64,000 bases of DNA, from NCBI GenBank assembly GCA_964016885.1, contig OZ024744.1, positions 52,576,001-52,640,000 of the forward strand, given 5' to 3'. The translations under genes were made by a program, and so were the position numbers. Below the pieces are notes generated by a model, which did not search any database, was not told where the DNA came from, and saw nothing but the letters and a program-made list of their open reading frames with translations. This DNA is from Eledone cirrhosa. Lineage: Eukaryota. Positions 1 through 12,523 of the stretch are shown here, one piece after another; position 1 is the first letter of the stretch; each line of letters begins with the position of its first letter.

Positions 1-1667
1 TGTATTTTGTTTTTGGAGGGGGAAGGAAGAGAATTGTTTCTTTTTTTGTTTCTTTTTTTACATTTTTCCTGATACCGTTTCCCACTCCTCGTCGTCACAA
101 TCTGTCTCCAGTTGCGATAAGCCGGGGAGTGGAAAATCCTCCACAGCCGTTGGTTTTGGTTGTGGCGTGGTGGATGTTGTAGGCGCTGTTGTTAGTTCTG
201 GCGCGTTGGGTGGTGGTGGTGTTGGTTTTGCAACTGTTGCTGGGGTTGTTGCTGTTACAGTTGCTTCTGTTGTTTCTGCCACAGTTGTTGCTGCCATCTC
301 TGTTGCTGGTGGTGTTGATGGTTGAGTCACTGGGGTGGGTAGGAGAGGTGGCCTCATCCTTTTAGCATGAGGGCAGAAAGCCCTTAGGTGGGTTCCTTCA
401 CCACAAACGACACACCTAGGCCTTCTGCCCTCGACAATTACGGTGAGGAGGCTGCCGTCAGTGAGGTCTATTACCTCTGGGATCTCCTCAATGCTTTTTT
501 GGTCCGCTTGGATCAGGAGCTCCATCCCAGATCCGGACCAGTTCTCCTGCTTTTCTTTCGCTATTTCTATTATCTTGGTGTTGGCTTCGATGCCGGTAAG
601 GACGGCAGATATTAGCCAGGGAATTTCGATGGCCGGTGGAACGTGGGTGACCCTGATCTTTACGAGTATCTGGCCACAATAGCTTGGGACGAGTGTGAAG
701 TCGTCACTTCTTAATGGGGCCATGGAGTGTTCTCTAGCCTCCTGTGGTGTTTCAAAGAACACGTCCACGGTTCCATACTTTTGCCCACGTCAGATGTGGG
801 GATTTTTGCCCACACATGTCCCAAAGCTTTTTGGATTTGGGACTCGGATGCCCGTCCCACTCGGCGTGACTTTATATTAATTGTTCGATAAGACACGGTG
901 CATAGGCGCCGATGCTCCATTTTATTAGGTGGGATGGGAGGCTGACCCTGTACCCATCTTTTTTACCATTTTTTTGGCTTCTTCTAATTCCTCCTGAGTT
1001 ACCTGAAATGCTTCGCACTGTTTTGCTACTCTGGCAAAACTCAGGGTGGTTTTCTTAATGTCATTGTTGCTGTTGTTATCGTTATATTTGTTATTATTAA
1101 TTTTAGTTTCAGTTGTGGTGGTGGTGGTGGTGGCGTCAGTGGTGTTCGGTGTGGAAGAGTTCATTTTGGTTGAATTCATTTCGATATCACGAGTTAATTT
1201 ATTTTTTTCTTTTGTTTCTGTTGTCGCGGTGGTGGTGCGGGTGCTGGTTGTCGCGGGGGTGGTGGTGGCGGCTTTAACACCTGCAGTTATTGGTAATGGC
1301 GGGATATGAATGTCTGCCTGAGACAAATTTAAAATATTGCTACTGCTTATATCGTTAGTGTTGGCAAACGTAGTAATATTTACAATGGTGGTGTCGGTGT
1401 GAGGTGTTAGTTTGTGAGGAAGGCTATCAGCTGCTTGGTGCAGAGGTGAATCAGCCATGATTTTTTCAAAGAAATTTTTGATAATCATAAATGTTTAAAT
1501 TTTGGGCACAAGGCCCCAATCTTTTTGGGTGTCCTTTTCGGAAAACAATGTATGTGCGCTTATATACAGGTAACAATAACAATTTTCCATAAATGGCAAT
1601 TTCTAACAAACGGAAACAACAAACCTTTGTTGAGCTCACGATGATACGATTTACTACGTAGGTCGCC
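1..1667 (-). mobile_element. L1/Tx1-clade non-LTR retrotransposon, 5' part (5'UTR + disrupted ORF1), runs off window start
   Basis: ORFs 925-1488 and 58-768 are homologous to ORF1 of the intact element at 52840-58865 (SFAxxAK, VPSYCGQ, VTHVPP, IPEVID, CVVCGEGTHLRAFC knuckle). The 5' end abuts (AAT)n at 1668. Confidence 0.85.
58..1488 (-). pseudogene. Tx1 ORF1 (gag-like nucleic-acid-binding protein, CX2CX4HX4C zinc knuckle), frameshifted
   Basis: Split into ORFs 925-1488, 711-920 and 58-768 that align in order to ORF1 at 56557-58654. Confidence 0.8.

Positions 1668-1750
<83 letters not shown>
1668..1750 (+). repeat. (AAT)n microsatellite between Tx1 5' end and Dong fragment
   Basis: Perfect AAT run of ~27 units. 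Confidence 0.98.
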
Positions 1751-1751
<1 letters not shown>

Positions 1752-2283
1752 CTGATGTTGACAAAACTTTAACCCATCAGTGGTTGGCATCCACTGGACT
1801 GAAATCGGAGACTGAATACTGAATATATCAGCACAAGATCAGTGTCTGCCAACAAAAAATTATCAAGCTAGCATAATAAAAAATGGATGCAACCCATTAT
1901 GCCGTGTATGTAAATAACAACCAGAGACCATTGATCATATAATCTCAATGTGCAGTCCTATAGTTCCAACCGAATACCTAAACAGGCACGAAAGAGCTGC
2001 ACCATACATACATTGGATAATCTGTAAGCATCAAAAGAATTGGTGGGAGCATCAACCACCTCCCATACTTGAAAAAGATCACATCTCAATCTTGTGGAAC
2101 TTTAGCATCCAAACAGACCGAAAAATAGATGCAAATAGACCTGATATAATACTGAAGGACTTTAAAAAGAGGGTATGCCTGCTAATTGATATGTCCGTTC
2201 CAATAGACAAGAATTGTCTCTTGATGTCACTGGTTGTGACTTGGTGATAACTCGTATGAACATAAAGCAGGATAAATGCAACT
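1751..2283 (+). mobile_element. R4/Dong element, 5'-truncated 3' fragment with internal deletions (copy C)
   Basis: Matches the copy-A sequence from 5214 onward (CCHC, RH, RPDII). Jumps from GACAAGAAT directly to the 3'UTR TGTCTCTTGA, and ends ATAAATGCAACT+ATAATAA. Confidence 0.9.
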
Positions 2284-2302
2284 ATAATAAGAGTAATACT
2301 AA

Positions 2303-2490
2303 TTGTTTCTACTTTTGGCACAAGGCCAGCAATTTACCAGTGTATTACTGGTACTTTATTTTATCGACCCCATAAGGATGAAAGGCAAAGTTAAGCTCGG
2401 CGTGATTTGAACTCAGAATGGCAAGGCCGTAAATCTATGCGTCAAAGCATGGCGTCCGACTCTCTACCGATACTGCCAATCCACCTCCCT
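2303..2490 (-). mobile_element. tRNA-derived SINE, family 1 (central TTTGCCTTTCATCCTT..GGGGTCGATAAAATAA.GTACCAG core)
   Basis: A-box TGGCAGTATCGG and B-box GAGTTCAAATC on the minus strand. Tail GGCCTTGTGCCAAAAGTAGAAAC+ATT. Homologous to 12241-12427, 18978-19200 and 22500-22680. Confidence 0.88.
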
Positions 2491-2511
2491 TAATAATAAT
2501 AATAATAATAA

Positions 2512-2568
2512 TTGTTTCTACTTTAGGCACAAGGCCAGCAAAACCCAGTGCATTACTAGTACTTTATT

Positions 2569-2570
<2 letters not shown>
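2512..2570 (-). mobile_element. 5'-truncated 3' fragment of SINE family 1
   Basis: AAAATAAAGTACTAGTAATGCACTGGG..GCTGGCCTTGTGCCTAAAGTAGAAAC, flanked by (AAT)n on both sides. Confidence 0.8.

Positions 2571-2623
<53 letters not shown>
2571..2623 (+). repeat. (AAT)n microsatellite
   Basis: Perfect AAT run. Confidence 0.97.
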
Positions 2624-2625
<2 letters not shown>

Positions 2626-5600
2626 CAGAGGCTATATTGACAGTAACAAACTAGCCAATATACGAAGAAATATTGTAAGAAAAAAGTTACTAAATGATAT
2701 AGAAATTGATCAGATCAAGCTAGTAGCACAAAGTCAGCGAAGGGAAAATGAAGCATGTGTCAGTGAAAACGAGGTAAACTGTAACACTTCGAATCCCAGA
2801 GTTGGGGCGGAATCACTGGCAACAGAACAAATTAAAGAAAGGAGCGAAAAAGTGGAGGGAGTGCATGCTCAGGATGAAACTCCAAATGAAAATAATGAGA
2901 TCGTAAATGATAAAGAAATGAATGAGAATGAACTTGCCAACTTGAAGGATGAAATTATGATCGAATGGATGAAAATGAAAGAATCTGACATGGGGCAACG
3001 AGACACCCTCCCTAAGATCCAGAACTCCAAACAGAACCAAAAGATAATACACAAGACTAACATAATTCTCAAAAACATTATCATCACAAACAAACTAAGC
3101 ATTACTGACTTAAATCATCTCTATTATGCATCGGCTAAAGTCACCACTCACTTATGTGGAGTGAAGATGAAAAAACAAAGGAATTCCCACAAGAAATCTA
3201 CTTGGCAAGATAACATCAATCGCCAAATAAACCTTCTCCGATCTGACATTGAAATTTTAAAAAACTATAAGGTAGGTGAACATGTTAAACAAACTAAACT
3301 TAGAAAATTGAAAAAAAAGTACAGTATAAGATCAACATGTGACATAGACATGCTGATAGAAACAATCAACCAAAAAGTGTCGGCCAAAGCTGCTCGTATA
3401 AGGCGCTTTGAAAAACGATCTAGATTCTATAAGGACAATAATATGTTCAAAAACAACCAAAGAAACTTCTACAGAAAAATTGGTAAGTCAACAATAACTG
3501 CTAAATCAATACCACCCAAGGAGGAAGTGCAAGAATTCTGGGAAAAGATCTGGGCCGAAGAAAAAGTTCATAACATACATGCCCCATGGATAGACAGACA
3601 AATGAAAGAAACAGCTCACCTTGAAGAACAAACATGGGAAAATATAACAGTTGAACAGCTGCGCTTGGCTCTAAGAAAAACCAGCAAATGGAAATCCCCA
3701 GGAAAAGACAAAATACAAAACTTTTGGATAAATGCCTTCACAGAGTCTCATGAGCTGTTAGCCCAACTTTACAATGAAATAGTTAAGGAGCCAGAAAAGA
3801 TACCATCATGGCTAGTTAACGGCATTACATTCCTGCTACCGAAGAATGATGAGACAAACAATCCCCAAAATTACAGACCGATAACCTGCTTGACCACAAT
3901 GTATAAAATTTTAACATCAGTCCTAACTGAATACACATATGACCACCTGATAACAAATGACCTATTTCCCATTGAGCAGAAAGGGTGTAAACGAGGCTCA
4001 TATGGCTGTAAGGATCAGCTTCTGGTTAACAAAATGATACTGGAAGATTGTCATAATAGACACAAAAATCTATCGATTGCTTGGATAGATTATAAAAAAG
4101 CATTTGATAGTTTACCACACAGTTGGCTTGAAAAATGTTTAGAGATTTTCAAAATATCCCCCGTTATCAGGAGGTTTTTGTCATTCAGTATGAGGACATG
4201 GAGAACGACACTCCTTTTGAATAGTGAAACAAAATCACTGGAAGCTGGAGAAGTTAACATTAATTGTGGAATTTTTCAGGGTGACTCTTTATCACTGCTT
4301 TTATTCTGCATCGCACTTATACCATTAAGTAAAATGCTCAATGAAACAAAACATGGGTATAGAGTCTATGACAAAACCATTAATCACCTGTTCTACATGG
4401 ATGACCTGAAACTATTTGCAAAAAATGATGAACAATTGCAAGGGCTATTATCCACTGTGAAGCAGTTCAGTGATGACATTAAAATGGAGTTTGGACTAGA
4501 TAAACGTTCACCAGAGGAAAGCTGCTGAAGAGTTCAGACATTAATCTTGATCGGGGGAACGTGATAAGAGAGCTTGATCAAGAACAAACTTACAAATATC
4601 TAGGTGTTTGTGAAGGAGACGGAATCAAGCACTCGACAATGAGGGAAAGGATAAGGAAGGAATGTTACCGCAGAGTAAGAGCAATCTTAAGAACGGAATT
4701 GAATGCAAGGAATAGGATCGATGCCATAAACACGCTTGCCATACCAGTAGTAACCTACAGTTACAATGTCATCAACTGGTCAAGCACAGAGATCCGTAGG
4801 CTCGATACAAAAATCCGAAAATTCTTAACCATGCACAGAATGCATCACCCTAAGGCAGACATAGATAGAATATATCTCCCTAGGAAAGAAGGAGGACGTG
4901 GGTTAATCCAGTTAGACATTGCGTTGAAAACTGCAACAATTGGATTATCCACATATCTAAGGGAATCACATGATTGGATGATCAAACTCGTTTTGAAACA
5001 CGAAAGCACCAAAAGATTATATTCCATTACAAAAGATGCACAAAGATACAGTAATGGACTACAAATTTCAGAAGTCCCATTTACTGCTGAAATGGAAAAC
5101 ACAGAAAAAGCAAAGCAGGTAAAAGTAACTGCTAAGAAAGAACTGCTACAGAAACTGGCTAAGAAATGGCAAGAAAAGCCTCTGTATGGAAAATACCCAG
5201 AGCGAGCTAACAATCCTGATGTTGACAAAACTTTAACCCATCAGTGGTTGGCATCCTCTGGACTGAAATCGGAGACTGAAGGACTGATTATATCCGCACA
5301 AGATCAGTGTCTGCCAACAAAAAATTACCAAGCCAACATAATAAAAAATGGGTGCAGCCCATTATGCCGTGTATGCAAAAAACAACCAGAGACCATTGAC
5401 CATATAATTTCAATGTGCAGTCCTATAGCTCCAACCGAATACCTAAACAGGCATGACAGAGCTGCACAATACATACATTGGATAATGTGCAAGCATTTTG
5501 ACCTGCCCCATCAAAAGAATTGGTGGGAGCATCAACCACCTCCCATACTTGAAAAAGATCACATCTCAATCTTGTGGAACTTTAGCATCCAAACAGACCG

Positions 5601-5931
5601 AAAAATAGATGCAAATAGACCTGATATAATATTGAAGGACTTTCAAAGGAGGGTATGCCTGCTAATTGATATGTCTGTTCCAATAGACAAGAATGTATCT
5701 ATAAAAACATTTGAAAAATTGAGCAAGTATAAGGACCTGGAGATAGAAATTGGAAAAATGTGGAAATTGAGAACTAAAACAATACCAGTGGTTGTAGGCG
5801 CTCTGGGAATGATACCTAAGGGGTCTAACGACTACTTATCGCAAATCCCAGGAAACCCGCGTATAGGAGAAATACAAAAGATAGTACTAATGGGAACTGC
5901 CCATATACTAAGGAAGATCCTGTTAATATAA
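2624..5931 (+). pseudogene. Dong RT-RLE polyprotein broken by one 13-nt deletion at ~4504
   Basis: ORFs 2852-4528 and 4561-5931. Copy B has TGCGCCAAAGCAA (6951-6963), which is missing here and causes the frameshift. Confidence 0.9.
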
Positions 5932-6071
5932 GTACATCACAAGTCTAAACACTAAGGATGCATGTGTGAATATGTGTGTTCTTTCTTGAACATGGCGGAC
6001 CTTGTTGTCTCTTGAGGTCACTGGTTGTGACTTGGTGATATCTCGTATAAACATAAAGCAAGATAAATGCA
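2624..6071 (+). mobile_element. R4/Dong-clade non-LTR retrotransposon (RT + RLE), slightly 5'-truncated (copy A)
   Basis: Frame open from 2624 (NRGYIDSNKLANIRRNIV, Myb-like N-terminus). RT motifs SPGKD, NYRPITCL, DYKKAFD, QGDSLS, YMDD, YKYLG, GGRGL. CRVC..HIISMC zinc finger, RH, and RPDII..D..K..KY RLE. Flanked by (AAT)n. Confidence 0.95.
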
Positions 6072-6109
6072 AATAATAATAATAATAATAATAACAATAA
6101 TAATAATAA
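6072..6109 (+). repeat. (AAT)n spacer between tandem Dong copies
   Basis: AAT run with one AAC variant. Confidence 0.95.
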
Positions 6110-8452
6110 GTGGCTCTAAGAAAAACCAGCAAATGGAAATCCCCAGGAAAAGACAAAATACAAAACTTTTGGATAAATGCCTTCACAGAGTCTCATGAGC
6201 TGTTAGCCCAACTTTACAATGAAATAGTTAAGGAGCCAGAAAAGATACCATCATGGCTAGTTAACGGCATTACATTCCTGCTTCCGAAGAATGATGAGAC
6301 AAACAATCCCAAAAATTACAGACCGATAACTTGCTTGACCACAATGTATAAAATGTTAACATCAGTCCTAACTGAATACACATATGACCACCTGATAACA
6401 AATGACCTATTTCCCATTGAGAAGAAAGGGTGTAAACGAGGCTCATATGGCTGTAAGGATCAGCTTCTGGTTAATAAAATGATACTGGAAGATTGTCATA
6501 ATAGACACAAAAATCTATCGATTGCTTGGATAGATTATAAAAAAGCATTCGATAGTTTGCCACACAGTTGGATTGAAAAATGTTTAGAGATTTTCAAAAT
6601 ATCCCCCCGTTGGCAGGAGATTTTTGTCATTCAGTATGAAGACATGGAAAACGACACTCCTTTTGAATAGTGAAACAAAATCACTGGAAGCTGGAGAAGT
6701 TAATATTAATTGTGGAATTTTTCAGGGTGACTCTTCATCACCGCTTTTATTCTGCATCGCACTTATACCATTAAGTAAATTGCTCAATGAAACAAAACAT
6801 GGATATGAAGTCTATGACAAAACCATTAATCACCTGTTCTACATGGATGACCTGAAACTATTTGCAAAAAATGATGAACAATTGCAAGGGCTATTATCCA
6901 CTGTGAAGCAGTTCAGTGATGACATTAAAATGGAGTTTGGACTAGATAAATGCGCCAAAGCAACGTTCACCAGAGGAAAGCTACTGAAGAGTTCAGACAT
7001 TAATCTTGATCGGGGGAACGTGATAAGAGAACTTGATCAAGAAAAAACTTACAAATATCTAGGTGTTTGTGAAGGAGACGGAATCAAGCACTGGACAATG
7101 AGGGAAAGGATAAGGAAGGAATGTTACCGCAGAGTAAGAGCAATCTTAAGAACGGAATTGAATGCAAGGAATAGGATCGATGCCATAAACACGCTTGCCA
7201 TACCAGTAGTAACCTACAGTTACAATGTCATCAACTGGTCAAGCACAGAGATCCGTAGGCTCGATACAAAAATTCGAAGTTAATCCAGTTAGACATTGCG
7301 TTGAAAACTGCAACAATTGGATTATCTACATATCTAAGGGAATCACATGATTGGATGATCAAACTCGTTTTGAAACACGAAAGCATCAAAAGATCATATT
7401 CCATTACAAAAGTTACACAAAGATACAGTAATGGACTACAAATTTCAGAAGTCCCATTTACTGCTGAAATGGAAAACACAGAAAAAGCAAAGCAGGTAAA
7501 AGTAACTGCAAAGAAAGAACTGCTACAGAAACTGGCTAAGAAATGGCAAGAAAAGCCTCTGTATGGAAAATACCCAGAGCGAGCTAACAATCCTGATGTT
7601 GACAAAACTTTAACCCATCAGTGGTTGGCATCCTCTGTACTGAAATCGGAGACTGAAGGACTGATTATATCAGCACAAGATCAGTGTCTGCCAACAAAAA
7701 ATTACCAACCCAACATAATAAAAAATGGATGCAGCCCATTATGCCGTGTATGCCAAAAACAACCAGAGACCATTGACCATATAATTTCAATGTGCTGTCC
7801 TATAGTTCCAACCGAATACCTAAACAGGCATGACAGAGCTGCACAATACATACATTGGATAATGTGTAAGCATTTTGACCTGCCCCATCAAAAGAATTGG
7901 TGGGAGCATCAACCACCTCCCATACTTGAAAAAGATCACATCTCAATCTTGTGGAAATTTAGCATCCAAACAGACCGAAAAATAGATGCAAATAGACCTG
8001 ATATAATATTGAAGGACTTTAAAAAGAGGGTATGCCTGCTAATTGATATGTCTGTTCCAATAGACAAGAATGTATCTATAAAAACATTTGAAAAATTGAG
8101 CAAGTATAAGGACCTGGAGATAGAAATTGGAAAAATGTGGAAATTGAGAACTAAAACAATACCAGTGGTTGTAGGCGCTCTGGGAATAATACCTAAGGGG
8201 TCTAATGATTACTTATCGCAAATCCCAGGAAACCCGCGTATAGGAGAAATACAAAAGATAGTACTAATGGGAACTGCCCATATACTAAGGAAGATTCTGT
8301 CAATATAAGTACATCACAAGTCTAAACACTAAAGATGCATGTGTGAGTATGTATGTTCTTTCTTGAACATGGCGGACCTTGTTGTCTCTTGAGGTCACTG
8401 GTTGTGACTTGGTGATAACTCGTATGAACATAAAGCAAGATAAATGCAACTG
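6110..8452 (+). mobile_element. R4/Dong element, 5'-truncated (copy B), same subfamily as copy A
   Basis: Begins at the equivalent of position ~3666 of copy A. ORFs 6110-6670, 6624-7283 and 7301-8308. Frameshift near 6605 and ~80-nt deletion at ~7279. Same 3'UTR. Confidence 0.94.
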
Positions 8453-8477
8453 TAATGATAATAATAATAATAATAAT

Positions 8478-8501
8478 GATTTCTTTATTGGCTACAAGGC
8501 C
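8478..8501 (-). mobile_element. 24-bp abortive Tx1-type 3' terminus inserted in (AAT)n
   Basis: GGCCTTGTAGCCAATAAAGAAATC+(ATT)n on the minus strand, nearly the same as the adjacent Tx1 3' end at 8520. Confidence 0.75.
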
Positions 8502-8519
8502 AATAATAATAATAATAAT

Positions 8520-10598
8520 GATTTCTTTATTGGTCACAAGGGCTGACATCAAGAAAAACATTACAGAGGACACAGAATGGTACAGGATGATACAAAGTGG
8601 GTTTTGATTGTGTAAAAAGGTTATAATGCGAATATAGAAATGTGTAAAAAAAAATTAAAAAATTCAAACAACAAAAAATCCCCAATAGAAGGGAAACCTT
8701 TAGGGGTCACTCGTGGCGAAAACCACACAAAAGACCACGCCCACCCTGATCACTCAGTTCTCCCACTACTCAGTCTACAGGCGCATATTGAGAACGGCCC
8801 GTTTACTCTGACCAGACTCGCCACTTTCACCCACCTTCCAACAAACTTACTAGAAGGCAGCTCTTGCCCTCCACTGTGATTTTCCCCTTCAAGTGAAATT
8901 TGAAAAAGTTAATCAGGGATTCGCCAGAGAGGAAAGTGTCCGTCTTCAATCCTTTCAAACTTGTCCATCAGCCACGACATGACCACTCCTCCACGCAACG
9001 GGATATGACTGCAGATGGATCGTCTGACGATGGAAGCACGCCACTTCCACAAAAAGCGGAAGAGGAGGTGCTCCATTTTGGTCAGACTTGCGCCGGAGCA
9101 AAGCACGACGATCAGGAGGTAGCAGATGACCGATGCGATATACGGATTCACCACCTCCACCCGACCTTTCTGGGTCAGCTTCTTCCCAGCCCAATTTTGG
9201 GTGAGAGAGGCCACCCTGCCCGTCACATCGGTCCAATTTAACCGGTCCTTCAGTCCAGCACCACACGACGCTTTCGAATGGCATGGACCTGCCTCTCCAG
9301 GTGCTGACCTCCAAGTCCACCGACTTTTACTAGTTTAACTTTGCTCCTATCACCGCTTTGTATTCCTTGTGAGCGGTGCCGAGCATCTGGACGTGTTTGG
9401 TGCTCGACACCACCACGGTGACGGAGTCGGCGCAAGCTAATACGGATCTCTCACATCCCAATTCACGTGGGACGCCTCTTATCGCTTCCAATTTGTGTAG
9501 TAACGGCTCGAGGGCCAATACATACAAGCCAGACGAGAGGGAACAACCATGGCGGACCGAGCGCATGATGCTGAACGGCTGTGACGGGCGACCGTTCACC
9601 CTCACAACTCAGCAGATGTCGCTATGCATCGCAGCGATCCAACCGTTGATAACGGGCCCGAAATCGGCCGCCTCAAGAACCGCCGCCAGGTACCGAATGT
9701 CGACCCTATCAAATGCTTTAGATTTATCCTCAGGGCGCCACATGTGCCAGGTTCCTTAACTACCCTCTCTATGATGTATCCCATGAGGTGGAGGTTGTCG
9801 CGGATAGATCTGTCAGGAATGACGCATGTCTGCGCCTCTCTTACCATATTACCGACGAAAAGCGCCAATCTCGTTGCTAACCCCTTGGCCAAAATCTTGA
9901 AATCTCCTTTTAACAGAGTTATGGGCCTGAAGTTGTCTATAACGTACACCTTGTTCGGGTTTATTCTCAGCAGCGCCAGCGCTCCCCGGCTCACAAGACC
10001 GGGAATGCTCCCGTTCGGCCGCCAGTTGCGGTAGACATCTGCCAAGATATCGCCGAACAAGCCTGGCATGTACGCTTAAAGCTCGCAGGGCAGAGAATCC
10101 AAATCTGGCTATTTACCTCTCTGGCTATCAGACATCGCTTCCCGTATTTCACCTGCTGTTATCGGCTTTTCGCAACACTGCGCTGCGATCGTCGAGAGCC
10201 GCGGCAGTCCGTCGAGGTATGCACCCGAGTCCATACTCCGATCTGGCCCACCACTGAGCAAATTGTTGCTGAAAAGGCTCACACATTTTTCTCGGGTTCG
10301 TTTTGGTCAGACAAAGACCGAATTGTGGCCCATTAGACAGCTTTCCTTCCCTCATGTCTCAGAGCACGCGCTCTAGCTCTGACAACGCAGCCTTTATGCT
10401 TTGCGTTGAAGAATTGGTCGAGTGTCAATCTCGCCGCAAACACGCCGGTTGTGATGCCTGTACTAAACGCCTCTTCTAGCTTTCTAACTAGCTCTGTCTC
10501 TACTCTATTTTATTCTATCACTACTCCTTTGCTAAACCTTATCGATTCTACTCTAATTGCCCTTTTCAGGGTAAACTATCACCTGTTGTTGACGATCG
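8520..10598 (-). mobile_element. Decayed L1/Tx1 element, 5'-truncated ORF2 remnant + 3'UTR
   Basis: ORFs 9602-10069, 9330-9605 and 8909-9226 align to the RT region of 53102-56521 (NFRPITLL, SVRHGCSLS, KGRVEVVNPYIASVICY). 3' end is AATAAAGAAATC(ATT)n. Confidence 0.9.
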
Positions 10599-10609
10599 TT
10601 TTACACTGC

Positions 10610-10855
10610 TAAAAGTCTAAAGCCTGTCTCGAGCCCGGGTGGCTAACCAGGCCGGTGCTTATCCGGGTTTCCGTGGCATTAAGCGACTGAGAGTACAAGA
10701 CCCCTTTCCCTAGACAGGAAGTCAATCCGTCGCAGGATTAAACCCTCAGCTATTGCTGGTAGTTATTTTCAGCTGAGTATACTGGAGCAACGTGAAACGA
10801 AGTGTTTTGCTTAAGAACAAAACTCACAATCCAGCCCAGGAATTGAACTAGTAGG
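10610..10855 (-). mobile_element. tRNA-derived SINE, family 2 (V/CORE-like), 5'-truncated
   Basis: Reverse complement matches 20884-21145 (GTTCAATTC B-box, CACGTTGCTCCAG, AACCCTGCGATGGAC-like core). Confidence 0.8.
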
Positions 10856-10865
10856 CCACGCGCCT

Positions 10866-10892
10866 CTGCTGCTGCTGCTGCTGCTGCTGCTG

Positions 10893-10954
<62 letters not shown>
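10866..10954 (+). repeat. Compound (GCT)n(ACT)n microsatellite, probable tail of the adjacent RTE fragment
   Basis: Direct reading. Confidence 0.95.
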
Positions 10955-10955
<1 letters not shown>

Positions 10956-11255
10956 AATTAATCCAATTCATTGTGGTGACATCATAAAACCCTTCCATCT
11001 CACACGATCCAACATTAACTGCCAATTCTGAATCTTTCTCAATGTCTTTTTGTAATGTCTTGAGGGGACTTTCCCGTTTGCATTTTATTTTAGTGGGCTC
11101 CCATAATAAAAGTTGTGTTGCTGGTTCATTGCCTCTCATGACATAACATTCAAGTTGGAGACGCCTGATGCAGATGGTTTGACTAATGAGAGGGAGGTTG
11201 CCGTAGAGAATGTTGGCTTTGTGTTCCAAAACACACTACAATTACAAAGAACACA
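10955..11255 (-). mobile_element. RTE-clade LINE 3' fragment
   Basis: LYGNLPLISQTICIRRLQL..YVMR.NEPATQLLLWEP...R.SP..TL..DI resembles the RTE C-terminal RRLxxxGHxxR...LLW.P..RGRP motif. Confidence 0.7.
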
Positions 11256-11594
11256 AAACATAACAGCCCATAACAACAGATCACCTATAAAATGAAATAA
11301 AATAAAAGATATTGATTTTCTTATAACTTTGAGTAAAGTTAACGACGACGGCGCAGGTTTGTTTTGATTTTTTACTTTCAAAACTGACCCATAAATCGGG
11401 CATGTAAGCCCCTGGGGACGGAAAATAACTAGACAGCCGTTAACTCTATTCTGTTATCTTAATTGTCAAAAATTTCGTTACTCACTCAATGCTCCTAATA
11501 ATAGATTGTTTATTAACATTGATTTCAAATTTAGACATGGCCAGCAAATTTGGACGAACCCGCAATGCTGGGGAAAGGAAGATAAACAATAACC

Positions 11595-11886
11595 GAGGCT
11601 TGTCAGGCCGCTTCCTTTTCGTACTTGTCACCGTTGAGACCTCAGATGTCCTAGGTCTCCTCACTGCTGATGCCCTTCGTAAAATCGGAAAGACAGCAGC
11701 TCGTCTGAGGAAGGAAACCTGCGAAGTGGCGAGGCTGTTGCAATGGGTGTCGCTGGCCATTCTCTGTGGCAATGCCTTTACCGTTACGTCTGCGGGGTAT
11801 AGCCGAATCACCACCCAGACTGGGGTATAGAGTCTGTCCATTTATCTCACTATCCCTTGCTTCATTCTCTTTCTTTTGTTTCATTT
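11595..11886 (+). mobile_element. CRE-like (RLE) non-LTR retrotransposon 3' fragment
   Basis: FLFVLVTVETSDVLGLLTADALRKIG...LLQWVSLAILCGNA resembles the CRE-type C-terminus F.PxAxETxGxxG...QRxSxAxxRGNA. Confidence 0.7.
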
Positions 11887-12240
11887 AATTATTATTTTGA
11901 CTAACTCTACCATTTCTGCAAAATATTTTCATTAAAAAAAGAAAGTATTCCTTGACACACATAAACATACAGTCACATAACCGTACACATGCACACACAT
12001 ACACACGCACACACACAGATGTACACAGACACATATATATGCAGAAATGTTCTGAACAATGGAGCGAATACAATAAATTCAAACAGTACTATTGTACTAC
12101 ATAGTACAGTAATAGACTATGGAGAGAATACAATTATGACCACAAGTATACATCACTTCATACCATTCACGAGGAAGGTCCCCCTCACCTAAACAGTGAT
12201 ATCTTATAAATGAGAAACATTATTTCTGGGTCAAACGTCA

Positions 12241-12427
12241 AAGGGCGGTGAATTGGCAGTATCGGTAGAGGGTCGGACGCCATGCTTTCCAGCATAGTTA
12301 GGTCCCTTTACGATCTGAGTTCAAATCCCGCCGAGGTTGACTTTGCCTTTCATCCTTACGGGGTCGATAAAATAAAGTACCAGTAATGCACTGGGTCTTT
12401 GCTGGCCTTGTGCCTAAAGTAGAAACA
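12241..12427 (+). mobile_element. tRNA-derived SINE family 1, full length, with 18-bp TSD
   Basis: A/B boxes and core present. TSD ATTATTTCTGGGTCAAAC at 12219-12236 and 12428-12445. Confidence 0.92.
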
Positions 12428-12523
12428 ATTATTTCTGGGTCAAACCTTGTCGTTCGATAAAAAACTGACTTGAAATGAATGCCATGAGATAACATTGTAA
12501 AGTCAGGCAAAACAATAATATTT

